Assembly (NCBI GenBank): GCA_011109175.1
Contig: RDEW01000001.1
Location: 1,564,360 to 1,628,359, forward strand
Direction of reading: 5' to 3'
Source of the DNA: Dicyema japonicum
Lineage: Eukaryota; Animalia; Dicyemida
Length of the DNA stretch: 64,000 bases
The first letter of the stretch is position 1. Each line of letters begins with the position of its first letter. Under the pieces are notes generated by a model, which saw only the letters and a program-made list of their open reading frames with translations, had not been told where the DNA came from and did no database searches. Positions 38,673-52,331 of this stretch are shown piece by piece. A program made the position numbers and the translations under genes.

Positions 38673-40250
38673 CAGTGGTTCTCAACCTTTTTTCCAACCC
38701 CCCATTTGAAATATAAACTGACGACTTTTAGCCAAAATTTAGATATCAGACTTTATTTGACTTAATAAAGTCGAATATCACCTCACAAACTTTCAATTTA
38801 TTTCGCTCACTTTTAAGTAAGTTATCCTCTCTTAACAAGATATGTTGGAATGCGCAAGATATCTGAGAGATCGAGCTCCATAATTTGGAAAACTGTTCTT
38901 TAATCTTCGAATTCTGTCAAAACTGAGAAATCGAAATACTTAAAATTTCTAACCTCATTAAGCTTTGTCCCATTTGGTCGATTCTTTGACGATTGGAGTC
39001 ATTGCTAAGTGGAATTTTATCATGAATTCCGGTGATACCCACAGCATCCGATAATTTAAATTTCAGCGATGGAACCACTGACTCTCAAATATTATGGGAG
39101 CATTCTGTTTTCGCGACTAATTGAGATATTTTATAGGTTTCCAGTCCTCCCAAAATTAACTAAAAAGCTAACTATTGTAATGCATTCCATTTGTATTTTT
39201 GATTGATTGTAGAGTGTTGAAATAGTTCTCCCGCAGTTTTTCACTGTAATTGATAGGTTTGTCAAGTTGAGACAAATGCTTGCTTCGCAAATGCTACAAT
39301 AGTCCTGATTGTTTCATTGCTTCATTTGACTTAGTAATATCGCACATTAGACGATGTGAATTTGTTTCATCAATAAGACTTGGAATAAACCCAAAAAATA
39401 AGAATCTTTTTGGTGATTAGAGACTGAACTCATCACAAAGAAATTTATTTATAATTCACGGTAGCCCACTAAAAATGTTAGTTATTTAATTTTAGTTTAA
39501 TTAAATAATAATTTTAAATCAATTTTACTTTACATTAATGCTTTCGTTCTTTCTATAAAAATTTAAAAAATTAATAATTAAAAATCTATATAATTAAAAA
39601 ATATATAAAATTGAAAAATCACTCATCAAGTGGACCTAGTAGCCGCGAGGATCCAAAAGAAAATCGGAATTCTCAAGGCTTTCATCACTCTCCAGTATCT
39701 TCCCGCCATCGTTAGAACTTTTATACAAACAATTTGTTCTACCGAGTATCGAGTACGCCTGTGCTGCATGGATTGCCCCGTTATCACTATCGGCACAGAG
39801 CAAGCTGGATGTTTTACAAAACCGATGTCTCAGAATACTACTGAGATTACCGAAAAAGATGTCCACCTTGTTGCTATGGAGAACACTAAGCGTCCCCCAA
39901 TCATGGAATACCTTACGGAACGTCACAGAGACTTCCTCAAGATGACAAAGTCCCCTGACCATCCCCTCGGGCCGGACATCAAACTATATATGGACGCCTG
40001 CCCGAGATATGAAAAGAACCTTCCCCGCTGTGGAGATTAATCCAGGACTCCAAAACTAACCGCAGGAAAAGTACTAGTATGGACACTTAATTAGACGATA
40101 ACTTTTATCCTCTTTCTCTATGATTTCGGGTTAATAAAATAAATAAAAATAATTAAAAATCACACCGCCCAAAAGTAAAAATCCCAACGCCCAAATTAAG
40201 TAAAAATCCTAAAAGTAAAAATCCTATGTTGCCCAGGTTGAGAACCTCTA
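38673..40250 (-). mobile_element. Degenerate hAT element with a nested LINE 3' fragment (about 39620-40150), inserted in a Tc1-like HTH remnant
   Basis: The left TIR CAGTGGTTCTCAACCT and the right end AGGTTGAGAACCTCTA match at 14/16 positions. The upstream flank reads LATLGDIVDELK...VSKKTVTRYL. Confidence 0.7.
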
Positions 40251-40843
40251 GAGCTTAGAGTTTAGTCTACCTAGTAACCGAATTAATTAAGTGGTCTCGG
40301 TTCTTTTATCGCCCCTACCATTCTTATCGTCTCATCTAGACAGTGTCGGCGTTTGACCCACACAGTAAGTCGATGGGAACTTGAAATTTTTGATTATTTA
40401 GTAATTTTGGATTATAATATTGATTTTATAAAATTTTATCGACGTACATTTGCTGCATATGACCTCTGTAACCTCTTTTTCCCGCTTCTAGTGTGGATGC
40501 AAGAAACGCACTAGGAGACATCGGGTATATAAAGTTCAGGAACAAGAAGCGTTGGATAAAGTCTGGGTTTCAAATTTCAATTGGCACAAAATTTTAGGAG
40601 TTCGAGGAAGTCTTTATTGAATAGGAACAACAGATTTATTAGTTAGATTGTTAGTTCCCTCACTATAGGTAGCAGAGAGAGAACATCAGTTCCTTCACTC
40701 TTGATAGCACTAATGACCTCACATAGAGATCTTCCTCAGTTAGTGGTACAAATTGGTGAAGCATTCTTGCCGTTTTTCAAATTAAAAATAAAATAAAATA
40801 AAAATTAATATTTTATTTCAAATAAATTATATAACTAAATTCC

Positions 40844-42133
40844 ATGCTTTCTGAGGGTGGGGGCATTATTTTTAATGTTAGACAAAATTATTTACTACTA
40901 TAATCTTTTCAATGACCAGTCGAAGCAGTTTGATGATTATTTCACGAAATTTGTGAACCAAATTGAGGCAAAACTTCTGGAGAACTCTGAGATCAAAGAG
41001 CAAGTTGATTGGTTCATGGAGGTTGAAAGATCCTGTTATGTCTCAGAGTATTAAATATAATGCCTTTGGAGGGAAAAAATCCGCGGTTTGAGTGTTGTCG
41101 TCGGATATGAGCTGATACGGATGGCCAATAATCTCGAATATTCTCAGAAAAGGGCAACCCAGGCAGCGGCTTTAGGATGGGCAGTTGAATTGGTGAGATG
41201 TCTGTTCATTCAATAGCTTCAATCTTTCTTTCTAGTCGCCGACGATATTATGGATAGCTCGATCACGAGAAGAGGCAAGCCATGTTGGTACAGAAAGGTA
41301 GAGTAAGCTGTGATTCCAGCCTGATGTGGGGACCATTGCTATCAACGACTCCTTTTTTCTTGAATCTGCTGTTTTTATCTTATTAGAGGAGTACTTCGCT
41401 GGGGAACCAAACTACCAAAGACTTTTCCATTTGTTCCACAAAGTAATCAGTCTAATATTGATCCCAGACCATTTTAAAGACCGTTATTGGCCAACAAATG
41501 GATTTGATGACCCCCATAAACTGGGCTAAGGCCAAGGAAGCGGGTAAAGATGTCAGGGATGTTTATACTGATACTCAATACTGGAGTATTGTGCGATGGA
41601 AAACATCCTACTACACTTTTGTGCTTCCTATTTTCCTGGCACTCCACGTGGGAGAGCTTCATTATTTCGAAACTGGACAAAATGACTCTTTTTTGAGTGA
41701 TGAGTTCAATCTAAGGGTATGTTGATAACCGTGAGTTAGTTGGAGCAAGTCATGGCGAAGATTGGAGAGAATTTTTCAGTCCCAGGATGACTACTTGGAT
41801 TGCTTTGCATCCCCCGAACAGCTCGGCAAAATAGGGACCGACATCGAGGACTGCAAGTGTTCGTGGCTAATTGTTCAAGCGCTCAAACTGGCCTCTCCCA
41901 CACAGTTAGACGTTTTTCTCAACAAATACGGATGTCCTCAGTCTACGGAGTGCATCAAGAAGATTTACACTGAACTGAGATTGGATGAGCTATATTCCAG
42001 ATTTGAGACTGAATCCTTTGCCGAACTTACAAATGACATCTCTGAACTGTTGCAATCAAATAAGGGATCCTTAATACTACCTCCTGATATGTTCTACTCT
42101 TGCCTCGGGGTCATTTATAAGAGACAGAAGTAA
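40844..42133 (+). CDS. FDPS: Farnesyl diphosphate synthase, multi-exon
   Basis: [85 protein letters not shown] and IYKRQK*. Six 22-25 nt introns and two single-base frameshifts. Confidence 0.93.
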
Positions 42134-42894
42134 CATTATTTAACTTAAACTACTAAGTTCGACTAGCATTTTGCCTTTTTATTTTCTCAATTTCAATAGT
42201 TCACCCAATAAGTCACCAGTCTTCTCTGTTCTTGACATTTTTCACGGATCAGTGTGCATTGACTAGTCTATTAGGTTTTGCGGCTAAAGCCTCTTTATCT
42301 GTGGTGCTGGAGGGGGAATCATCGATACTACGAACGCTATCTTATACCACCTGTGATGTTTATGGTTCAATAAGAGGTTACTATTGATTAGCTACTAAGT
42401 CAAGTGGAATGCTCACAAATTTGTTTAAATTGAGTTCCAAGGGGGAACAGCATGATTTAGTTATTCTTAAATTGGTCACTCAATAATAGACATCTCATGC
42501 TTTATAGATAAAATATGATTATTATGGTCAGGCATTACTGATAATTCCATATCAGTAATAAAAAGCACTAAGAATGTGTTCACCCCACCAATCAGACGAT
42601 ATCGACCTATATACACGAGGTACTTAGGTTCCACATTGTTTCCGACCACCATTTCACTAGAGCCTTAATAGTTATAGCCTCTCATGTTCGGAAAATACAT
42701 AATTTCAGAAGTCAGCGTCCTCTTGAATCTTCTACTTTCTAGAAGTTTTCAGGTAATCAAGAAACGAGTCACATTCCATCACCTAGTTTGTTAAAACAAA
42801 CATAAAACATTTCTTTTTTATATTATTTAAAAAACTAAATTAATTTAAAATAAATAATGTAAATATGGGAAATAAAATTTATTGTTAAGCAATT

Positions 42895-44880
42895 ATGTAC
42901 AAACATTCTGGTATATTTTTAGTAAATATAAATTATAGAAACATATAATTCACACAAAAACACTGTTCGCTGTATTTCCATAGAGAAAACGATTGGAGAG
43001 ACCTTTATCTCAGGCGGGGACGAAGGTGAACTCAACCTGTGGAAGATCGGACGGCCTAATCCATTCCAAACCCTCTCCGGACTTTCAGAGTCTGTCACAG
43101 CTGCCAAATTAAACCGAAGAATTGCAGTGGCTGGGACTATTTCTGGAATTATCAAACAGTGGGATGTGGAGACCGGGGAACGTAAATATGTGTTTATTAC
43201 GTAGTTCTCGGAAAACTAACCGGGCACTCCTGTTCTGTGAAAAGCATGGATTTCCATCCCTCTAACACCTTCTTCGTCTCCCTCTCACTGGACAGTAAAA
43301 TCAAAGTATTTTGATGGACAAACATAGCTGTGGGACATTAGAATGAAAAAGTGTCATTCCACGCTCACTGGACGAGCTCTAAGCGTCATAAAGTTCTCCC
43401 CTGATGGCAAATGGATCGGATGTGGGGGTGAAGGAGGCAACCTGAAGATCTTTGATGTCAGTTCTGGTATGAGGTATGACTTATCTCCAAGGAAAATTGC
43501 TCTACGATGTGATCACACACTCTGATGCTGTCACGGCTCTCCAATTCCACCCGGCAATGCTTGTCTTGGCCTCAGCTGACAGAACCCCCGTTTTCACCGA
43601 CGTGGACAACATGCATACACTCGAACTGGGGACAATGGAAGCTCTACATATTCAGTATACGATTGATCTATTACAAGATCTCTTTGTTGGAAGGGTGAGG
43701 GTACCCAAATGTACTCTGCCACTGACAATTCCGTCAAATTGGTCAGTTGGGAACCCTATGAGATTCATTTTGCTGACAGTCTCGAAGTCAAGAGAACCAT
43801 GGACATTTCTTATTCAAAAGTGACCCCACCAAGCTTGTAGTACCAGTATTCATGCTAGATTGTGGCTGGTTGTGCACGTGAGGCAGTATCCACGTGTGTT
43901 ATTGACTTTAAGCTGTTGGCTGAACAGACACATGCTCATGAAAATAGGTGTATTTGCCTTATAACCTCAGAACAAAGCCAAAGAGAGTGAAAGATGTCAA
44001 ACCAGGCGACGGAAAGGATGAGCACGTGGTGTTTAAGCCAACCAGAACTCTCAGTTCGTGTTAATCGTTAAAATAGACCGGACTCCTCCTGTTTCTCCAA
44101 CGAGAGTTCGTCATTCATCGCCCAAACTTGAGTCTCCGAAGGAAAGGAATGTCAACGTGCCCGATCAGAAGGAAGAGGCTGTCAAAGACGTTCCTGTGGT
44201 TGTATATTCCAAACAAGTCCGCCCATCCAGAATACCCCCCAAAAACGTCGTCCCCACTTCTAATAAGTCGGATAAGCGTAATTTCCTGGTTAATACGAAT
44301 AGAGGAGAACGGTGGTGGAAAAAAGATTGCTGACGAGATTGTTAGCCAGCAATTCAAAATTTTCAATGTTTTGAAAACACGTGCCAGTAATATTCAGCAG
44401 ATTCTATCTGAATGGACGGTCGGGAAAATCAAAGTTTGATTTTCCTTCAATTTAGACGTCTGTCGAGTCCGCTGTTAATTGCGATGATCCTGGAATAGTC
44501 ATCGATATTCTTCACGTGCTCAATCAACGGACAGACTTGCTTTCATTGGAGCTATTTTTGTTACTCCTCCCCGTAATTTCTGACCTCTTCCATAAGAATT
44601 CGAGATATGCGGTGACATTATGCACAAGTCTTAAATTACTGATAATGCGGTTTGGAGAGCTTATAAGGGATAACGTCAACTCTGTGTCTAACATTGGGGT
44701 GGATTTGAGTGCTGATGAGAGGTAGTTATGACTGATTTTATTAGGCGGGAAAAATGTGGGAAATGTCATGCTGAACTGACAAAGATTGGTACATATTTGG
44801 ATGGGCTTGTGGCTAGTGGAGATAACGAGTACCAACATCTTTATAAAGAACTGCAAGTCCTTCTGAGATCCGTGCTGTGA
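42895..44880 (+). CDS. KATNB1: Katanin p80 WD40 subunit, multi-exon
   Basis: SGGDEGELNLWKIGRPN, MDFHP, KFSPDGKWI and LQFHP WD40 repeats. The C-terminal con80-like region reads VLKTRASNI and IGVDLSADER-EKCGKC. Confidence 0.88.
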
Positions 44881-45009
44881 GCGTACATTTTTAATTACTC
44901 TTTTTATGACTGTAACAATAAATTATATGTAGTTTATAGCAGATATCAATTATTTATAGCAACACTAAATTTTTTTAAAAACACGTTTATTTAATGCAAA
45001 AACTATAGT

Positions 45010-45200
45010 TAACGACTAATGGCTGCTCTCACAATTGAGAACGCATTTCCACTGACGATTGCAAGGAAATGCGTTCAATGAACATGCTCCTTTCTCTTCT
45101 ATCATTTTCTCCTTTGTGATTCGATTCTGTTTAGCAGGGTCAGTGACCTGTTTACTATGATTCCTGACGTTTCCATGGCGACTGGTTCAAAAAAAATCTC
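45010..45200 (-). mobile_element. CRE-like non-LTR retrotransposon C-terminal remnant (homologous to 35067-35130)
   Basis: FEPVAMETSG and RIS-AIVSGNAFSI resemble the C-terminal motifs of restriction-like-endonuclease CRE elements. Confidence 0.6.
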
Positions 45201-45399
45201 GCTGAAATCCGTTGGGTAATCATTCAACGCTTTTAGGAACCCGTTTTGTAAGTGTGTGTGGTAAAAGATCCGTCTGAACTGGACGACATTTATTCGACCT
45301 TAATGAAGACGTACAACTAATACGAGTCGTCATCAATAATCTTTTTTATGTGTAATACTTCATTCATGTACCCTGACTGTCATAAAACAACCTGGAAGG

Positions 45400-45590
45400 G
45401 AGAGAAAGAAATTCGGATGGGAAGGTGGTTCCTATATTTAACCAGATTGAATGTGTCCTGTTAAAGACAATCACTCTTGGACGGCACTTTTCAAGTCCAA
45501 TTATGCGAAGACTGCTGAGGGAGGTTGGGATCACTTGATTTTTTCATTCTGGCTATAACAGTGGTTTCCTGATTCAATAAATTTAAAATA
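45400..45590 (+). mobile_element. LINE 3' end (VGIT*) with stem-loop
   Basis: GGGATCACT at 45527-45535 pairs with AGTGGTTTC at 45560-45568. AT-rich tail. Confidence 0.65.
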
Positions 45591-46899
45591 AGAATGAAGT
45601 AAAGCTAAAAGATGGACAAATCTGGACACCAGTACTCTTACTTCGACAAACCGAAGAGAATCATTAGTTATTAAGGATCAATTTGGAGTTACCCTTCATG
45701 ATCGCGAGTCCAATGTTCTGGAGACCCATCGTATCGTCGCCATTACGGTCTCGGATTTCCAGTCCATGATCGTGTCGCGGTCTTAGCTTAATACGGGAAA
45801 GACACCAACTCAATAATCAACATATACGTACCAGGGGCGTAGGCTGCCAAAATCCCGAATTGTGGGCGACTTCTAAGCCATCCACCTACCACATGGAGAA
45901 GCACAAGAAATCAGAGTCACTAATCCAGTTATGTCCGACGAGATGTTTTAGACTGTAATGTCTATTTCATGTCTCAGGTTGTTTATTACTTCCTATATCC
46001 CCAACCTATCGAGATTATGTGACTAAAGGATTTGTTAATATGCTGAGACTTAAATGGCAAACATCCACTCTGGCTCCCGTGACAATCAGTCGACATCGCG
46101 AGACTACATCCTATCTATACGAATTAACTATTCTCAATAAGCCAGATTCCCATACCAGGACCCTAATCCGAAAGACAGCCCAACCTCCCTGGCCGGATAT
46201 CTTTAGTGGACGACCATAACACAAGTCCATACGGTCTCTCAATTACAGAATTTCCTAACTAACTCGAGCTAACCACAGATATAAGTGGAACCGATTTGTT
46301 GGTCGACTATGCAAAAAATCATATGCCACCTTCTGGAAGACACTGAGAAGTATCAACAGTCTTATAAACGAAGACGGTGACAGAATAGAAGCTGTTACTC
46401 CTATTTCCTCGGAACCTGCATGGAAACTTGCAAATAACCTTATGAAATATTATGTGTCGATCTCTCACAAGAATTTATCTCGCTCTCTGCATGTCAAACG
46501 ATGTGGTCCACAACAGACGCTATATACTGCCTTCTTCACTCCTATGGTGTGGAAAGACTATCAAATTTCAACCCCCCACCCGAGCCTGTAGTTCCGAAAA
46601 TAGAAAGGATCTGCCTGGGAACTTAGTCTATATACAATCAATATCTTTGTAGAAGGGATAAGTGCGGCTTACTAACCCAAGCAAGATCGTATGGTGGGTT
46701 AAAAACAAATACTGACCAACAAATGGGTAGTTACCTATTTTCTAATAAAAAGAAACTTTGGCATACTTGTATCCACCAGAAGAACTACAGTCTTGGGGAT
46801 ATAATGTTGAGAACTAGTCGACAACGACACTAGTCGTTCAGAGTTCAACACTCTCATAAGAAAATCTCAATAAAATACCTAACGAGCTACCAATATAAA

Positions 46900-47965
46900 C
46901 CCTTTATTTAAAAAAAATTAAGGATGCTACAAAAAATCACAGCAAGGAAGAGGACATTAAAAAGTCCTCGAGAAAATCGAAAAAGATACCAACTTTGCAC
47001 TAGAAAGGCAATCACAACTAAAAAAGAAAACATAATTTTAATAACAAAAAATCTGCAGGACTGTCACAGATCTGTAAACCCGACACTCAGAGTTGAAAAA
47101 CAGTAACCAATTTAATCTTTCCATAGAAACTGACTTTTGCGAATATCTAGGAAAAGATCTTTTACTTCCTTTGCATAAACGGGAAACAAAAAGGTCTTTT
47201 AAATAACCTAAGGCCAATAATCATCTTAGCTACGGAAAACATTGTCTCTGATTTGGAGATAAAGTTGAAGAGTTTGGAAGATCTACATCGGATGCCATAT
47301 CGAGTCACCGGTGGATACTTTGTCAGAAATACCATAAAACGACTTATATCCTCGGTTTAGGGTTTTGATACGTGAACAGGGATAAATTTTGATAGTCCTT
47401 GAAGACACTTTGGACAATGACAAATCAAGATTATCCGTCTGTGAAAATTGGAGAGCATTCAATCTAAATCCTTCTGTAACATGTACTCTCCCTCTTTTCA
47501 AATGTTGAGCACATCCTTCAACACTATATGCGGACTATTTCATTCGATATTTGAAAAATGGTTCCCAAAATGAAATCAAATAAACATTTGAGACGCAAAA
47601 AGCTAGGATCACTGCTAGGAGACTCAGAAAACGTAATACATAAATTTATCAACGGCCGCATTATGGAAAATGTGAGACTTGGGCATTTCTGAGAGTGAAC
47701 TAGAAAAACTGGACCCATTCCACGGAAATCAACCCCCCACAAGTTATTGGAATTCGTTGGTTCAAAAAAATGACTCAAAACTATAGACATTGCAAAAAAT
47801 TATCTTCAAATATAAAAGTGGAAAGAAATTGTCACATTCTCGATTGGACGTACCTCAATTGCTATGGAATCGGTAGTTTCCGAGGAAGACCGACAACTAC
47901 CTTACCTATAGTTCTGAATAAGGACCCTTCGAAACTGGGTCTGTGTTTGAGGCACGATCTAGACA
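46900..47965 (+). mobile_element. Highly degenerate RTE LINE
   Basis: LRPIIIL, KKLGSLLGDSE and FRGRPTTTLPIVLNKD. Confidence 0.7.
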
Positions 47966-50376
47966 CAGAACCAATACAAGAAATTTATTACGGTCACGGA
48001 CATCATTCCATTATTTGGCGGAAGAGTTTTCATAGTGGTAATCTTCACCTGTAGATTTGTCAGGGAGATGGTAGGAGGCCAAAAGGACTCGTCGCCTCAC
48101 GGGTGGGCTCTTTAAGACGAGAATGACCTTCTCTGAACAGTGCATCTATAGGATTTGAACTCACAACTGTCACGTCTAATGTCATCAGACGTTACGTTCA
48201 GTCAAAAGGCCTAAGTAAGAAATAAAAAACGGTGGATGCAATTAACACAGCGGATAACTAAAGAATGTGGCACAAACTAATTAATTATTTTTTTCTCATT
48301 GCTTTTAATAATAATAACATGCAACGTGGTATTGATTTGATGACGTCACTCGTCCACTGCGTGCCTGTGTTGGATCGAGGGAAGACCACCGGGCCAAGCT
48401 AAGAGCCCTATTGAAATTCGTCGGGATCACATAATTTCTTGAACTGATCCAAAAGACAGGTAGTCCTACAGGTTCTTGCAGGTCACCGCAAATTCCCTGG
48501 AATGGCTGGCCATACTTGGCAGAGTTCTGCTGTCGCAAATTTGGTACTGCTATATCAGTGAGCTTAATAAATGGCTTAAAGGAGGGTCAGAGGAGGAGTA
48601 CTGGTCAAATGGACGGGGACCAGATAGCCATAGTTGTCATGAGAACACAAACACCAAAGCTAATAGTAGATAGGATTCTCCAGGCCTACCTATAGTCCAC
48701 TGTTTGTCATGTGGACAGAGGACTCAATCAGATAATACGCTTTCGGGACTGTCTATCAACCAGAACCTGCCTGAGGAGATAGGCGAACAGACAGGTTGAA
48801 TTATTATTTTGTAAAACGCAACTAAAGAAAGTTATCTCCTCGTCACCTCTGCAACACCGTGGACAATCTTCCATGTTATATCCCTCCACGCTCCACTTGA
48901 GAAAGCGATTTTCCGGAGTACGTCTGGGTCGTCTTCATTTTTGAGTTTCTTATTAACAGTCCTGTTTGAAGGCAGAATTGCATAATAACAGGCAAGTTGT
49001 TTCTCATTTTGTCTTTTCTCCTCCCTTTTCACTAATGAAGTTGTATTCACTCAAGGTTGTCTGAGCTTCCGTCTTCTTGGATGCTCGAAATGATCACAAA
49101 TCTAGTTACAGGTCTTTGGATGCGCAATCGTTTGTAATAGTGGCAAATTTTATAGGAGTTAGTGAAACCACAGTGACTCAATACAGTCAAGTCGACTATG
49201 ACTATTCGGGGAGTACAACAACGTCTAGCTTAATTTTCAATCAATCTTCCTATGTTCCCCCAAAAATTACATCGTTTGAATTAGAGAATGGGTTTCAAGT
49301 TAAGACATTTTGTGTATTGATGTGCATCATTTCTAAACTGAGGGATACATCCATCTTGAGGGAATGAAGATATTCATGATACCATCTCTTCCGTTCTCTC
49401 CGTGACCTAACTGAGTTCCATTTTACCTCTACTTATCCAGAACTTAACCCTTAGCTATTCGACCATCTAAATTCTGATTATTTTCTCATTACTTAAGAAT
49501 GTGCCTAATTCTTCACATTAAGAATCAAAAGTTCACACTATAAGTGATCCCTTCGTTGAACCATTGGAGGATTGGATCACAAAGAAGAAAAATCAAGGAT
49601 CACAAAAAAATCAACCGACAACTAACGTTATCTATTAATCACTCTATATCACATAAAATCAAAAATATCAGTACTGAGCACGTGGGGAGAGATAGTTAGT
49701 TAAAACTTCCGTTTTCCCAATAGTATGTGATTAGTTTGGGTGTCTATTTGGTGGTACCCCGTATTATCCTTTCTACTAGGTTCTTCCGTGTAGAACAGAA
49801 GACTGAATATAACAACGACATTACTACGGAGGCATCGACCCCCCAACCACGTGAAGAGACCATGGTCGTATAAAATTAGGATCACTTAATTTGTTGGATT
49901 TAACAAATTTCCTTGGTCGTAATAATTTGCATATTGAATTGAAACTACGAAAATTAAACACAGAAATGCACACGTGACATATAAAAAACACAGTTAATTG
50001 ACGTGTTAGATAATTATTAATTTCTAATAAATATTAAATAATAAACTCAAAAACATTATGGGCATAATTTTAGTGAGCAAAACTACAGTGGATCATAAAA
50101 TGTCCACACCACAAGAAAATATGTCACGATTAATCGATTATTTTTTAGTAGAGACTGTTATGTTCTCACACTCCATCTATTATTATTATTATAAAAAAAT
50201 ATACATCATTGACATTTAAACCATACTTTTAACACTTTAATTAAATTTATTGATATAAAATTAATATAATTTTTAAAATAATTAATTACCATATATATTG
50301 CAGACGCTCTTGTGGTAGTGCATTTAACATAGTTTATTCTTAATCTCTCAAATTCCTACAATTAGCTTTTAGAATA

Positions 50377-52331
50377 ATGTCAGATACCGTAGAAGATATT
50401 CTTTTAAACGATGAAGATACTAATCACTCCCCTCCTACTGCCGAACAACAACTTACGGACTCAGTTACTTCTCAACACTTAAGTGGAGGTGAAGACGATG
50501 TAAAGGACGATTCCGAGGGTCTCATCCAAGAGAAGACAGACGAGGCTGAAGAGAGCTGTCAGAATGAGCCTCAGGACTTCAATGTGAAAGAGGAATTCAG
50601 AATTGACCCTCTTAACGAGATCAAGAAAGATCCCCGAGGACAGCTTCTTCGTAAAACTGACGGACTCCCTACGGAGGTGTCTTTCTCGGAATTGGGGGAC
50701 TTTATAGGTATCTTGCCCTCTAACGGCAGGCGTGGAACTCTCAGAGAAGACTTGCAAGTTTACCCGGAGTGGAGAGGCATTCGTGATTCTGGAATGTGAA
50801 GAAGTCTGTCGTCAAGTACTATCCAAACACGACTGTGAATTGCGAGGGAATTGTATTGAAGGCAGTCTTTGATCTTACCGTTAGCTTATCCGACATCAAA
50901 GAAGACCTTGGAAACCGCCTTTGATAAGTTTGGCCCAACCCAGTTTGTCCACCTGAAGACAGGGAAGCCGGAATTGTGCACGAGAGATAAGATTCTCAAC
51001 TTCATTCGAGGTCCTCTTTTTAGGGAACTTGTAGAGGCGGAACTTCTAGGGGACGATGAGAGTTCCTTGGTGATTTGCAAAGACATTTCAGGGAAGTTGA
51101 CTGGGGAAGCCTACATCCAACTGAAGACATCTGAAATGGCCCAACCGTTGCTGGGAATTACTGGAAGGTCATGTGTGAGATGATTTTAGTGATTTCTCTG
51201 CAAAGAGGGGACCTCCACCCAAATGAACGCCGCTAGGAATTTGAACAGAATCCGTCTGATCAGTCTGGTAAAGAAAAAGACTCCACGTGAGTCAAAGGAT
51301 GTATCAAAACCAAAGGAATCTCGTAGAAAGACCGAACGAAGAGAACGGAAAAGATCATTACGGAAATCTCGGTAAATTTCAGAATCATAAAAGATCTCCT
51401 GTTCGACGGTCCCACAAACGACGGAGCCGGGAGGAGACTCCACGTGTTGCGGACGATCGTAAACTGCAGACAGACCACTATGTGAGGGTCTTTGGTCTCT
51501 CCAACAACGTAGTCGAGCAGGATTTATTGAGAGTCCCCTACTTTGTGAATTTGTAGTTTTTTGCCCCATTGGATGTGGTATATGTCCGTATTGAGAAGAG
51601 AGTCGATTTGAACAAACTGCCTTCCGCCCTCGTCTTTTTCCGCAACCACTACTCTGCCCTTTCCGCTATGAAAAATGATAAAGGATATGTCGGTGAGTGA
51701 TGGTTGAACTTTTAGGGAGTCATTGTGTTAGAATTAGTCTCTTCTCTACAGGATCCCCGCCCCAAGCGGTTAGATGGAGTGCTCCACCTGCTGCTCGGCC
51801 ATGTGGACAGACGCCTCCGTTTAGAGGGTACTCCCCTCAGCAGTCTCCCTACTATCAGCATAGAAGGCCTGTCGTATCGGAACGTCCCCCATACTCCTAT
51901 CAGTCTTCTATATATCGTCCGGAGATGCCCGTTCGACCATCCCCCAGCCCATACTGTTATAACCAAAGACCAGAGTCGTACTCCTCCTGTGATGTCTCTC
52001 GCCCAGTCGTCTCTTCTTCTTATAAGCAATATTCTACTGCCCCGAGCCAGAGACTTCTACTTATAATCCTTACATGAAGAATTCATACTCGACCTCGTCT
52101 CGTCCGTATACCTCAGCTAAAGGGAAATATGAAAGTGGCTTGTATGGGAAAAAGTATGACGGACCTCCGGTTTATGGGCAGAGTGAGGATTACTACCCTA
52201 CATATTCCTCCCCCAAACGCGCTGATATGGACAGTGGGGAAGGATATAATAGTTACTCGAGAAGGATGGATAATACTGGTAGAGGTTATAGTGGTGGACA
52301 ATATTCTCATCAGAGTAGATACACCTATTGA
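50377..52331 (+). CDS. qRRM-containing RNA-binding protein (hnRNP F/H / GRSF1 / RBM12-like) with a Ser/Tyr/Gly/Pro-rich C-terminus, multi-exon
   Basis: KTDGLP, GKLTGEAYIQLKTSEMA and YVRVFGLS..EQDLLR-FFAPLDVVYVRIE...ALSAMKNDKGYV. Low-complexity tail ending HQSRYTY*. Confidence 0.7.

Noticed and set aside
40285-40395. snRNA or spliced-leader RNA (Sm-site-like AATTTTTGA)
   Set aside because: There is no match to U1/U2/U4/U5 core motifs, and such T-runs are common in this AT-rich DNA.
41071-41780. Frameshifts in FDPS, MRPL45 and GOT2 as programmed frameshifting, RNA editing or pseudogenisation
   Set aside because: They are mostly single-base indels in homopolymer or dinucleotide runs within otherwise intact essential genes, which is typical of unpolished long-read error.
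45021-45085. Hammerhead-ribozyme-like CTGA(C/T)GA...GAAA hairpin, repeated at 35067-35130
   Set aside because: Stems I and II cannot form, and the minus strand encodes a CRE-like retrotransposon C-terminal motif (ISL-I-(R/S)GNAFSI), which explains the conservation.
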